Positions 1 through 10,553 of a stretch of 64,000 bases of DNA are shown in pieces (positions within the stretch are counted from its first letter, which is position 1; the number at the start of each line of letters is the position of its first letter). The notes under the pieces are model-generated. The model saw only the letters and a list, made by a program, of their open reading frames with translations, searched no databases and was not told the origin of the DNA. This DNA is from an uncultured delta proteobacterium (GTDB lineage Bacteria; Desulfobacterota; Syntrophia; Syntrophales; UBA2192). A program made the translations under genes and the position numbers. The stretch spans positions 1 through 64,000 of the forward strand of contig CAVPJD010000014.1 in assembly GCA_963705165.1 (NCBI GenBank). Reading direction: 5' to 3'.

Positions 1-72
1 CCCCCTCCGTGACTCGAACACGGGGCACACGGATTAGGAATCCGTTGCTCTATCCACCTGAGCTAAGGGGGC
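1..72 (-). tRNA. tRNA-Arg(CCT), 3' end cut by window edge
   Basis: Reverse complement GCCCCCTTAGCTCAGGTGGATAGAGCA-ACGGA-TTCCTAA-TCCGT...GTTCGAGTC; D loop, T loop and anticodon CCT visible. Confidence 0.93.
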
Positions 73-103
73 ACATTTCAGACTGAAAGTAATGATGAAG
101 CCA

Positions 104-137
104 CCCTCACCCTGCCCTCTCCCATCAAGGGAGAGGG
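104..137. repeat. REP-like palindromic element
   Basis: CCCTCACCCTGCCCTCTCCC-ATCAA-GGGAGAGGG hairpin in intergenic space; resembles a widespread CCCTCTCCC..GGGAGAGGG REP class. Confidence 0.55.
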
Positions 138-196
138 AACTGAAAGGTCGGGGTGGTTCGACAGATTGGGAAAAATAACATGATCGACCGGGACTG

Positions 197-1156
197 TCAA
201 GGCAGACCTGACTCGGCGATCCCGAAGGCCCGTTGCGTCAGTTCCTGCGGAATCAGCTCCCTGCGCATTTGCTCCGTCAGGGCCGGCACGCCGAGGAACC
301 GGCCCGAGGCGGTCACGACGGTCTCGAAAGCACCCCCCTTCCCCACGACGGCGATGCCGCCGGAGGCCCAGAACAGCATCCGGGAGCCCTTCCCGCGGGC
401 CCTCTCCCCCCGGCCGAAGACGACGAACTTCTCGCCCGCGCCGACGTCGCGATGCAGGCTGGCCATCAATTCGACCGTGACGGCTCCGCTTGCATAGTTC
501 ATGAAGCCCGCCCAGCCCATGGCCTCGTCGACCAGGGCCAGAAGAACAATGGGATGAACCCGGCCCCCTCTCTCGAAGCGCAGCACCGTATCCGTGTCCG
601 CGGCATCGAAGCCGGCGGTGGAGACAACGACCCGGCCCAGCTCGGCTGCCTCATAGAAGTGAAACGTCCTCTGCAGCCCCGGATGGCTCCTGCTGACGCC
701 ACAGACGAAGCAGTTCCGGTAGTACGGCATGGGCGACAGGGAGCGCTCCAGCCGGTCAAAAGACTGCGGAAGGCAGGGAGGGGGTTCCGGCCTTCCCTCG
801 ACGGCTCCCCCCGTGATGTCCGCCTCGAGGTAGGCCATCTCGCTTCCGCGTACCGATACGATTCCCCTTGCAGTGTCGCCTTCCGGCGTGACCGCCACGG
901 AGACCGTCTCGCCGGTTCTCAGCCGGCTGCCTCCCATCCGCATGTCCAGGGCAAGCGGGAAGGGAAGCGCCCCGAGACCGCGCGATTCCCGCAGGTACTC
1001 GTAGAGGTCCGCCACGGCTCCCATGCTGATCCCGCCGTGAGGAATCCCGATCCAGCCCTCCGTTCTGAGATCCATCTGAATCTCGGCGTGCACGCCGGCT
1101 GCATCGCAGGTGATCCCCCTTTTCCCGAACAGGAACTCTCGTACAAAATCTCCCAT
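197..1156 (-). CDS. Tandem hotdog-fold (PaaI-like thioesterase) protein
   Basis: Two hotdog-like halves: GWIGIPHGG...D and CFVCG...HP..LLALVDEAMGWA...AVTVEL. Confidence 0.65.
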   Translation of the reverse strand: MGDFVREFLFGKRGITCDAAGVHAEIQMDLRTEGWIGIPHGGISMGAVADLYEYLRESRGLGALPFPLALDMRMGGSRLRTGETVSVAVTPEGDTARGIVSVRGSEMAYLEADITGGAVEGRPEPPPCLPQSFDRLERSLSPMPYYRNCFVCGVSRSHPGLQRTFHFYEAAELGRVVVSTAGFDAADTDTVLRFERGGRVHPIVLLALVDEAMGWAGFMNYASGAVTVELMASLHRDVGAGEKFVVFGRGERARGKGSRMLFWASGGIAVVGKGGAFETVVTASGRFLGVPALTEQMRRELIPQELTQRAFGIAESGLP

Positions 1157-1198
1157 TCCGTTTCGCCTTTGTTCTGAACCCTGGACCCTGGACCCAGG

Positions 1199-2086
1199 TT
1201 ACAAGTGTCTCTCGATGATCCGGTCCTCGCTGAAATCCCTCAGCATGAGATACTGCGGGGTGACGTTCATCAGGGCCTCCTCGGGGATGAGGCCGATCAG
1301 TTCCGACTCGAGGACCTGCACGCCGCAGCGGGCCGCCTCGACCTTCACGCGGTCAAAGACGGCCTTGACAGGCGTTTCCCGGAAGTTTGTCAGGTTCATG
1401 GACACCTGGACGATGCCCCGGCTCTTCAGGGGCACGCCGATAGCCTTCACGTGCTTCATGCCCCCGCTGGAGAAGCGGATCGTCTCGGCGATCTTCCGGG
1501 CCGCCTCCAGGTCCGGCGAGGCGAGATTGATGTTGAAGGCAATCAGGAAATCGCGGGCCCCCACCGCGGTGGCCCCGCTTCGCTCGTTGAGAACATGGGA
1601 ACCGGCATCGGGAACCCACTGCGGGCCCTCCATGCGTTTCCGGAGCGCCTCGTAGCCCCCCTTGCGGATGTGGGGTAGCTCGCGGCGCTCCTCGACGAGG
1701 GCCGCTTCACCGTAGAAATAGACGGGAAGGCCGTTTCGCTCGGCAAAGGTTCGGCCGAAACGTCGGGCAGTCTCCACGGCATCGGCCATGACTGCGTTTC
1801 TGAGCGGGATGAACGGGACGACGTCCACGGCGCCGATCCGCGGGTGCACACCCTGCTGTTCCCGCATGTCGATCACCTCCAGCGCCTTGTCGCAGGCAGC
1901 CGCCGCGCCCCTCTCGATATCTTCGGGCGCTCCGATGAAGGTGAATACCGTCCGGTTGTGGTCGCTGTCGGTGCAGATGTCAAGCAGGCGCACCCCGCTG
2001 ATTTTCTGCAGGGCCTCGGCAATCGCATCGATCTTTTTTCGGTCCTGTCCCTCACTGAAGTTCGGGACACACTCCAATATCTTCAT
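1199..2086 (-). CDS. ftcD: Glutamate formimidoyltransferase
   Basis: LECVPNFSEG, DHNRTV, HPRIGAVDVVPFIP, VQVSMNL and SELIGL motifs. Confidence 0.92.
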   Translation of the reverse strand: MKILECVPNFSEGQDRKKIDAIAEALQKISGVRLLDICTDSDHNRTVFTFIGAPEDIERGAAAACDKALEVIDMREQQGVHPRIGAVDVVPFIPLRNAVMADAVETARRFGRTFAERNGLPVYFYGEAALVEERRELPHIRKGGYEALRKRMEGPQWVPDAGSHVLNERSGATAVGARDFLIAFNINLASPDLEAARKIAETIRFSSGGMKHVKAIGVPLKSRGIVQVSMNLTNFRETPVKAVFDRVKVEAARCGVQVLESELIGLIPEEALMNVTPQYLMLRDFSEDRIIERHL

Positions 2087-2287
2087 GCTCACTCCAAACG
2101 ATTTCGGGAAACCGTCTTTACAGGTGTGGCGAGTCGCATGCGGCGTGAAGTTAGGAAGTGAAGAAGAGCGGAAAATCGGATTCAGGATCCTTTTCCATCC
2201 ACTCCGCTCTTCTGCGCTTTCGCTCTTCCGCTCTTCGACGGCAGCCCCCCACCAGCAAAGGGAATGCCCCTTGCGTGACAGGCCTCA

Positions 2288-2929
2288 TCACACTTGGTGA
2301 AAGCGCATCGCCGGCAACTCCAGACACGTCAGCATCCCCCCGTAGACGGCGCCCGTGTCGATGCCGATCATATTTTCCCCCACGAAGGGTTCCCCTTTGA
2401 AGGGGGTGTGTCCGAAGACGACGGTCTTTTTCAGCCCGTGGTCCGACATGAAGAACTCGTGGCGGATCCAGATCAGGTCGTATGGGTCTTGGAGCCCCAT
2501 CGGGATCCCGGGCCTGACGCCGGCGTGAGCGAACACATAATTCTCCGTCTCGTAACAGGGAAGCAGAGTTTCGAAAAATTGCAGGTGCTTCGGAGGGAGC
2601 TTCGCCCTGCGGTCCTGCTCATCGGGGGAGATGCCGTAGGATTGCAGCGTGTCCCGGCCGCCGTTGGTGAGGTAGATGTGCTCTTCCCGATGGTCCAGAT
2701 AGTTGAGGAACATCCATTCGTGATTGCCCTTCAGGCAGATAACCTGTTCGTGCTTTTTCCTGAGCTCCAGCACGTAATCGACGACCTGCTTCGAGTCGGG
2801 ACCCCGGTCAATGTAGTCCCCCATGAAAACAACGGTGTCATTTTCCCAGTCGACGTCGATGAGGCCCAGGAGTTTCCGGAGCTTGTCCAGGCAGCCGTGG
2901 ATGTCGCCGATGGCAAAGTATCTCTGCAT
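2288..2929 (-). CDS. Calcineurin-like metallophosphoesterase (Ser/Thr phosphatase family)
   Basis: GDIHG, GDYIDRG, GNHE, HAG, GHTP and IDTG motifs. Confidence 0.9.
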   Translation of the reverse strand: MQRYFAIGDIHGCLDKLRKLLGLIDVDWENDTVVFMGDYIDRGPDSKQVVDYVLELRKKHEQVICLKGNHEWMFLNYLDHREEHIYLTNGGRDTLQSYGISPDEQDRRAKLPPKHLQFFETLLPCYETENYVFAHAGVRPGIPMGLQDPYDLIWIRHEFFMSDHGLKKTVVFGHTPFKGEPFVGENMIGIDTGAVYGGMLTCLELPAMRFHQV

Positions 2930-2948
2930 CGCTTCGCTCAGCAAGGAC

Positions 2949-3070
2949 CGAGGATCGAGGCACGAGGTTCGAGGTCTTTAGGATCGATGTTTTTTCTTTG
3001 TATCTTGGTCCTCGTTCCTCGAACCTCGTTCCTGTCTTTTAACCTCGGTCCTCGTTCCTCGGACCTCGAA
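2949..3070. repeat. Inverted pair of heptamer tandem arrays (CGAGGNN / CCTCGNN)
   Basis: 4 CGAGGNN units at 2949-2976 and 7 CCTCGNN units within 3010-3070. Confidence 0.8.
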
Positions 3071-3079
3071 CCTTCTGTT

Positions 3080-4015
3080 TCATTCCATCAACGCGTCGAC
3101 GAACTCGGTGCTGTTAAAGACCCTGAGATCGTCCATCTTTTCGCCGATGCCGATGTAGCGTATGGGAATGTCGAACTCCCTGGCGAGGCGGATGATGATG
3201 CCGCCCTTCGCCGTCCCGTCGAGCTTCGTGAGGACGAGGCCCGTGACACCGATGGCCTCGTTGAACATCTTCGCCTGGTTGACTGCGTTCTGGCCCGTCG
3301 TGGCATCGAGAACGAGAAGGACCTCGTGGGGCGACCCCGGGAACTCCCTTCCCATGATCCTCTTGACCTTTTTGAGCTCCTCCATGAGGTTGACCTGCGT
3401 GTGGAGCCTTCCTGCCGTGTCGATGATCAGGACGTCGATTCCCCTGGCCTTGGCGGCCTGCACGGCGTCGAAGACAACGGCCGAGGGATCGGCCCCCATC
3501 TTCTGCTTGATGACGGGGATGCCCACCCGCTCGCCCCACACCTCGAGCTGCTCGATGGCGGCGGCCCGGAAGGTGTCTGCGGCGGCGAGCATCACGCTGC
3601 AGCCCCTGCCCTTGAACTCGCTTGCGATCTTCCCGATCGTCGTGGTCTTCCCGGTGCCGTTCACGCCGACGACCATGACCGTGTAGAGGCCGTTCTTCGG
3701 GATCTCCAAGGGCGACTCGCGCTGCTTGAGGATGAAGTGGATGTTGTCCCGCATGATCTTCCGCAGGACGTCGGGGCTGCTGAGATCGGATCGCTTCGCG
3801 ATCACTTTCATCTCGTCGATGAGCTCCGAGGCGAAAGCCGGCCCCACGTCGGCCGTGATGAGCATCTCCTCCAGCTCCTCGAAGAGGTTGCGGTCGATTT
3901 GCTTCTCGCCGAAGAGCATCTCGTCGACATTGCGCACGAGGCTCTGTTTGGTCTTGCTGAGCCCTTCCTTCAGCCTCTCGAAGAAGGACCCCTTCTTTTC
4001 TCCGTTACCGAACAT
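3080..4015 (-). CDS. ftsY: Signal recognition particle receptor FtsY
   Basis: GVNGTGKTTT, DTFRAAA, DTAGR, TKLDGTAKGG; downstream of smc. Confidence 0.97.
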   Translation of the reverse strand: MFGNGEKKGSFFERLKEGLSKTKQSLVRNVDEMLFGEKQIDRNLFEELEEMLITADVGPAFASELIDEMKVIAKRSDLSSPDVLRKIMRDNIHFILKQRESPLEIPKNGLYTVMVVGVNGTGKTTTIGKIASEFKGRGCSVMLAAADTFRAAAIEQLEVWGERVGIPVIKQKMGADPSAVVFDAVQAAKARGIDVLIIDTAGRLHTQVNLMEELKKVKRIMGREFPGSPHEVLLVLDATTGQNAVNQAKMFNEAIGVTGLVLTKLDGTAKGGIIIRLAREFDIPIRYIGIGEKMDDLRVFNSTEFVDALME

Positions 4016-4090
4016 AGTCCCTTCCGTCAAAGAAAAATCCGCCATTCAGCAAGCCTGATGGCGGTTTTTACCCTGTACCCCAGACCCTGC

Positions 4091-7000
4091 TCAGGCCTCA
4101 AATTGATTCAGGTTGACCGATACCAGCGCCGAGATCCCCTTCTTCTCCATCGACACCCCGAACAGGTTGTCGGACACTTCCATGGTCCTCTTGTTGTGCG
4201 TCACCAGGACGATCTGGGAGCGCTCGGAGATGTCCTTGACGAACTGGTTGAACAGCGCGATGTTCGCGTCGTCCAGCGCCGCGTCGACCTCGTCGAGGAT
4301 CAGGAAGGGGGTCGGCTTGTGCAGCAGGATCGAGAAGATGAGCGCCACGGCGGAAAGCGATTTCTCGCCGCCGGACAGCAGGTTGATGCTCTGGGTCCGC
4401 TTGCCGGGCAGCTGGATCTCGATATCGACACCGGCTTCCAGCAAGTCCTCGCCTTCGGTAAGAAGGAGCGACGCCTTCCCGCCGCGGAAGAGCTTGGGGA
4501 AAACGGACTGGAAGCAGGCGTTGACGGCCTCGAAGGTCTCGGCGAAGCGCTTCTTCGAAACCTGGTTGATCCGCGCGATCGTCTTCTGCAGAGATTCGAG
4601 AGAGGCGTTGAGGTCGTTGATCTGGCCGGTCAGGAAATCGTGCCGCGTCTGGAGCTCCTCGTGCTCGCTGATGGCCAGCAGGTTCACCTCGCCGAACTCC
4701 TCGACGACTTTTTTCTTCTTCTCCAGATCTTCCCGCAGCTCCCCGATGCGGGCTTCCTCGAGCTTCTCAAATCCCTGGACGAGCGCGCCGAGCTCGGCCT
4801 GATACTTCTCCTGCATCCCGTTCTGCAGCGCATCGGCCTGGAAACCGAGCTCGCGGATATCGATGTCGAGCTCCCCCGTCTCGCGCAGCATCTGTTCGAT
4901 CTGTTTGCGAGCCTCCCGGGCCTCGCCTTCGAGCCCGCTCATCTTGCCTTCGCGCCAGGTCTGCCCCTCGCGGGCTGCGGCCAGCTCCTTTTCGATTTCC
5001 CCGTAGCCCCCGAAGAGCGTCTCCAGGGACTGGCGGTTCTGCTCGATCTTTGCCGTGAGCTCCCCGCGGCTGCGCTCGGCCTCTCCCAGATCCCTGAGCC
5101 TCGTTTCCACCTCGGCCGCGAGGCTGCGGGCGGATTCCTGCAGACGCTCGAGGGTCTTCAGATCCGCATTGCGCTTTTCCTCCAGGGCGGCCAGGACGAC
5201 CCGCTCCTCGGTGAACAGGGCCTCCTTGCCTTCGAGATCCGCCTTCAGGGCCTGCCAGCGCTCCTGGATCGTCGGAGAGCCGCCCGTTGATCTCGAGGCA
5301 ACGGACGTCCGCCGTCTCGATTTCACGCTCCGTCGCGGCAATCCTCCCGGCGGTTTCCTGCTCCTCGGTCAGCAGCGTCTCCCGGTTGAAGCGGATCACG
5401 TTCACGCGCTGCTCGATCCACTTCAGCTCATTTTCGTAACGCTCGACGTCCTTCTTCCTGCCCTGGAGTTCGAGCTCCGTCTCGCGGATCGCGTCGCGGC
5501 TTGTCTCCCAGTTCTCTTCCATCGTCGCAATCCGGTCGGCCAGGGCGCCGCGGCTCTGCGACTCGTCCCGGATCTGTCCCTCGAGGCGGCTTGCGTCCTT
5601 CTCCAGGTCGGCGATTTCCCGCTTACGGCGCAGGAGGCTGCTCTCTTCCGTGACGGTCCGGCTGCCTCCCGTCAGAACCCCGTGAGGGCTGATCATATCG
5701 CCGTCCGGGGTGACCAGGGTCCCCCGGAAGCCGTTTCGCTGCCAGAGGGCAATCCCGGAGTTGAGGTCGGGCACCAGGATGGTGTCGCCCAGGAGATACT
5801 CGGCGACATTGCGGTACTCGTCTTTCACGCGCACGACGTCGAGGAGCCTTGTCGTGCCCTGCAGGTAATCCTTCGATGCCATGTCGACGGCGTTGCTCCG
5901 GACCCGCAGCGGAACAAAGCTGCTGCGCCCGGCGGCGCTGGTTTTCAGGTAGTCGATGGCCCGGATGCCCTCCTCCTGGCTCTTCACGACGACATACTGG
6001 AGCCTCTCGCCCAGGGCCGCCTCGACGGCGATCTCGTATTCGCGGGGGACCTCGATGTGATCGGCCACCAGCCCGTAGATGCTGTCGAGGGCATGGCCGG
6101 CCTCGTCACGGGCCCGGATGATGGAGCGGGTGCCTGCGTCGCACCACTCGTAACGGTCCTGGAACTCGCGCAGCGACGCGAGCCGGGAGCTCTTCTTCCC
6201 CAGCTCTTCCTTGAGGCGGAACACCTTCCCGTCGGCCTCTTCCAGCTCGTTGCGCGATCGCTGGATGAGCTGCTGAAGCTCCGCCGCTTCCCTGCGCAGT
6301 CCGTCCAGCTGTTCCTGGCCGCCTTCCAGGCCCTCCCGGGTGGACGCGAGATTCTCCCGGGCCAGGTTCAGCCGTGTTTCGTGCTCCTCGAGCTCCTTCA
6401 CCTCACGCTCGGTCCTGCGCTTCAGGTCCTCCAGGCTCTTCCCGTAGGCGGCCATGGCGTTCTGCAGCCGGGACTGTTCCGTCAGGGAGTTGAAGTAGGC
6501 CGTTTTGTCCTTCTCCAGATCATCCCGGAGTGTCTGTTCGCTCTTCTTCAACTCGTCGACGACGCTCTGCCGCAGGGCAAGTGCCTCCCTGCCGGAGAGG
6601 ATCCGGCCGTCAGACTCGGACGACTGCAACCGCAGCGTCTCCAGCTCCCTCTGAGCTTCCCCCTTGCGGGTGCGCAGCGACTCCAGCTCGATCGTGCTCC
6701 GCTCCTTGAGGGTGGCCAGATCGTCGAGCCGGCCCCGGGCATGCTCGATTCCCTGCTCCTGGATGCTGATTTCATTTTTTGCCGTATAGAGCCGCTCCTG
6801 GAGTTGCTTGACGTTCTGATCGTTCTCGGCGATCTCGGCCCGGAATTCCTCGACACGGGCCTCCAGCACCGAAAGCCCCGAGCGGATGTCCTCGGTGGAG
6901 GCCGAGGATTCGTCAAAACGCCGCTGCAGGCTCGTCTTCTTCTCGAGCATTTCCGTGAAAGCCTGCACGGCCAGGGCCAGTTCGATCTCCCGGAGGTCTT

Positions 7001-7667
7001 TCTTCAAAAGCTTGTAGCGTTCGGCCCGCTTGGCCTGCCTGGAAACGGAATTGAGCTGGCTTTTGACCTCGCGCAGGATGTCGTTGAGACGGAGCATGTT
7101 CTGCTTCGTCGACTCCATCTTCCGCACGGCTGCTTCTTTACGGCTCTTGTACTTGGTGATCCCCGCGGCCTCTTCGAGGTACTGGCGCCTCTCCTCGGGT
7201 TTGGCCTCCATGAGGTTCGCGATGCTGCCCTGCTCCACCAGCGAGTACGTCCGCGCGCCCACGCCCGTGTCCATGAAGAACTCTTTCACATCGAGCAGGC
7301 GGCAGCGCACTTTGTTGATGGAGTACTCGCCCTCTTCGTCGCGGAAGACCCTGCGCGTGATCATCACCTCCGAGCAGTCGCCGTAGGGGGCCGGGAAAGA
7401 ATACCCGGCGGCCTCCATGACGAGGGTCACCTCGGCCATGCTCACCGGCTGCGCCTCTTCGCTGCCGTTGAAGATGACGTCATCCATCTTTTTCCCGCGC
7501 AGCAGCGACACCCGCTGTTCGCCCATGACCCAGCGGATGGCGTCCACGATGTTGCTCTTTCCGCACCCGTTGGGCCCCACGATGCCGCTGATGCCTGTAG
7601 AGAAATCGATGACGGTTCTGTCCCGGAAGGACTTGAATCCGATGATCTCGAGCCGCTTGAGTTTCAT
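4091..7667 (-). CDS. smc: Chromosome segregation protein SMC, interrupted by one +1 frameshift near 5273
   Basis: N-terminal GFKSF/GPNGCGKSN and hinge in ORF 4767..7667; C-terminal LSGGEKS/LDEVDAALD in ORF 4091..5341; frames join at EINGRLS/TIQERW. Confidence 0.93.
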
Positions 7668-7760
7668 TCCATCCCCATGCTTCCGTCGGTCTGATGACAG
7701 TTCATCCAGATTTTTGTCACTTTATCAAAGCACCCGAACGTTGTAAAGGGCTAAAAACTA

Positions 7761-7804
7761 CTACTAAATGTAGCCTTTCGCCCCTTGACCACTACATGTT
7801 GTAT
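7761..7804. promoter_or_regulatory. Pair of NrdR-box-like sites upstream of smc
   Basis: CTACTAAATGTAGCCT (7761-7776) and CCACTACATGTTGTAT (7789-7804) resemble the acaCwAtATaTwGtg consensus. Confidence 0.4.
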
Positions 7805-8110
7805 TCAATTTCCGTTCCAGAAGCCATCTTTCCGGGCTCGTCAGCGGCAATTTTCGAAGAAAATGTTTGCTTCGGTAATCGTTTCCGCGTAGCTGCGGAG
7901 GCTTATTTTCCTTGACAAAACAAGGGGCAACGTATTAATAGCACATAGTAATATTTGTTATGATTGCTTGGGTCTGTCCTAAAAATCCATCACATGAAAG
8001 GGGGGAGGCAAACCAGATCAGGGTCGTATCTTTTTTCCTACCGGCTTATTAAGACAACAATAGGACTCGCAAGTAGGTAAAAGACTTATCATTCTCAAGG
8101 AGGGAGCAGA

Positions 8111-9631
8111 ATGACGACACCCGTACAGCAGAAAATACGCGACAAGAAAAGAACCCCGCAGCAGATTCTCGACATGGTGAAGTCCGGAGACTGGATCCAG
8201 CCCGGATCCGTCGGAGGCGACTCCACGGAGTGCATGAAGGAGCTCGCGAAGCGCCTCGGCCCCGGCCCCGGCCAGCTCAAGGACATCGAAATCTGGAACT
8301 ACGCAGACTTCTTCCCCCACCCCGAATTCCAGCAGGTGGATCCCCATCAAGAGTACCACGTCTTCCACGAATACTTCTTCTTCCCCTGGAACCGCAAGGC
8401 CCGCGACACCAACAGCGTCACGAGCTGGGCCAACTGGGGATGGGCCCTGGGCGTGTATTTCTGCCACTACCGGTTCACCAATGCCGTGAAGGAGAAACGC
8501 GGCATCGACTGGTGGTGGAACGCTGCGTCGCCCTTTGACGATCACGGCTTCGTGAACTGGTCTTACGGCACCAACAACTGCATGGTCAACTCGCAGATCT
8601 GCAAGAGGAACGTCGTTGAAGTCCGCGCAGACTATCCCTGGGCCGAGGGCGGACGCTTCAACACCTTCCACATCGACGACATCGACTACTGGGTCGAGGT
8701 GGACGTGGAGAAGTACAAATGGCCCCAGATCAACGAGAAGGCCATCAAGCCCAAGGACGAGGAAGTCAAGATCGCCAATCACATTTTAAAGATCGCGAGA
8801 GACCGGGACATCATCCAGCTGGGCATCGGCGGCCTTCCCTCCGCCGTGGCCACCGCCATGAGCGGTGCGGGGCTCAAGGACCTCGGCATCCACACGGAGA
8901 TGATGAACTTCGGCCTCATCAATCTCATCGAGTCGGGCATGGTGACCAACAAGTACAAGACCCTTCCCGCTGACCGCGGCAAGAGCGTCTACACCTTCGC
9001 CTTCCCCGTGGATGTGAAGTGGTACTATGACACGATCCACCGCAACCCGCATATGGCCGCCTACGACATCGGCTACACCAACAACAGCAACAACCTCTCC
9101 CGCCTGGACAACATGCTGGCCGTCAACAACGCCGTCGCCGTCGACCTTCTCGGCCAGCCCTGCAGCGGCTTCTACGAGAAACGGCCCATTTCCGGAACGG
9201 GCGGCTTCTTCCAGTTCATCACGTCCTGCGCCCAGAGCAAAGGCGGGCGCAGCGTCATCGCCATGACCTCCCGGAGCAAGCACGGCACATCGAGAATCGT
9301 TCCCTTCCTGCCCGAGGGGTGCTCCGTCGACGTTCCGGCACAGCTCGTGAACTACGTCTGCACCGAGTTCGGCATGGTGAATCTCCGCGGCCTCAACGGC
9401 TACGAGAGGGCCGAGGCGATCATCTCCATCGCCCACCCGGACGACAGGGAGAGCCTCGGGAAGGTGGCCAAGGAAGAGGGCCTCCTGCCCCCGAAGTCCA
9501 AGATCAACTTTAAGCCGGAAGAGGGCGGCAACCGGAGGTACCCGACCCCGAAGGACCGCCAGAGCTACAAGATGCCCTTCAACAGCGAGATCTGGGGCTT
9601 CGACTGGGATCCCTACTGGGGCGGCAAGTAA
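8111..9631 (+). CDS. Acetyl-CoA hydrolase/transferase family CoA-transferase (4-hydroxybutyrate CoA-transferase-like)
   Basis: IQLGIGGLP, LGIHTEM (catalytic Glu), ISGTGG, VCTEFG, IAHPDDRE; RBS AAGGAGG. Confidence 0.88.
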   Translation: MTTPVQQKIRDKKRTPQQILDMVKSGDWIQPGSVGGDSTECMKELAKRLGPGPGQLKDIEIWNYADFFPHPEFQQVDPHQEYHVFHEYFFFPWNRKARDTNSVTSWANWGWALGVYFCHYRFTNAVKEKRGIDWWWNAASPFDDHGFVNWSYGTNNCMVNSQICKRNVVEVRADYPWAEGGRFNTFHIDDIDYWVEVDVEKYKWPQINEKAIKPKDEEVKIANHILKIARDRDIIQLGIGGLPSAVATAMSGAGLKDLGIHTEMMNFGLINLIESGMVTNKYKTLPADRGKSVYTFAFPVDVKWYYDTIHRNPHMAAYDIGYTNNSNNLSRLDNMLAVNNAVAVDLLGQPCSGFYEKRPISGTGGFFQFITSCAQSKGGRSVIAMTSRSKHGTSRIVPFLPEGCSVDVPAQLVNYVCTEFGMVNLRGLNGYERAEAIISIAHPDDRESLGKVAKEEGLLPPKSKINFKPEEGGNRRYPTPKDRQSYKMPFNSEIWGFDWDPYWGGK

Positions 9632-9656
9632 CCAAAGCAACCCATTCAACCAGGAA

Positions 9657-9688
9657 GAGCCCGGGCTTCGGCCCGGGCTCCCTCTTTT
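9657..9688 (+). terminator. Intrinsic terminator
   Basis: GAGCCCGGGC-TTCG-GCCCGGGCTC followed by a T-rich tract. Confidence 0.8.
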
Positions 9689-10553
9689 CGATGCCTCGGC
9701 CTCAAAGGATCTTTTTAACGGCATTCAGAACGGGTCCGATCGGAACATTATCCTTGACAAGGACTTCTCCCGTTTGATAAGTACATGCGGGAATAGTTCT
9801 TTTTTTAAACACTCCGGCAACATCGCCGAAACGCGATATGGCGGGATTCTCGGTTTGAGCAAGAGTCTCGGCGCTTTGTTAAGAAAGAATAAAAACACCG
9901 GTCCAACCGGCCTGTTTTTCGATTTTCGGTGCTCTTCGAAATTCGACAGCTCTTTACATAGCATAGCAGGAGAAGCGCATTGAGTATCCCGACATGAGTG
10001 GCGAATGCCAGCTGGTTTCTTATCATATTTTTGCATGCGCGAGGCTCCCCGGACAAGACCGGTTTCCCGATTTCATAACCCTTACCGGTCTGATTCTTTC
10101 TTTTCATTTCATTTACCGGGTATGCCGAACCCCAGACCGAAAACGCGCAATCGCCCTTCGTAGATCACACTTCCCATTCTCCCGGGACACTGTAAACACC
10201 CTTTCTTTCCTCTTCCATGCAGCCTTCTCCGTTATGTGACGGGGCGACGTTAACGTCCGCAATCTGCCGAATTGCGTCGGCAAGGTTCCCGGAGCGGCAA
10301 CAGGACGTCCCATACACTTTGAGCAGGCGAAGCGAAGGATCGTCTGCAAATTTACTTGCCCTGACAAATGAAGCCACCCTGACTTTCTTCTACTTATAAC
10401 CAGGAAGTGTGGGGAGGAGTTTATGCGAGGTTATTTATACGGCAAATAATTGCAGAAAGGAGGTGAAGCTCGTTTTTTTGGCCTTGAACTCATTATCGTA
10501 TTCGTATTTCACTTTTCGCATTCTTATCACGATCCACAAAGGAGGGTTATGAC

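Noticed and set aside
5265..5285. Programmed frameshift in smc or atpA
   Set aside because: No slippery heptamer or stimulatory structure seen; several indels of one type point to sequencing error
2294..7694. Very long + strand ORFs (998 aa, 879 aa) and similar ones at 17820, 41984 and 56805
   Set aside because: Antisense shadows of recognisable minus-strand genes in high-GC DNA; no protein motifs
9725..10399. Short track ORFs in the intergenic region
   Set aside because: Overlapping on both strands, atypical composition, no RBS or motifs
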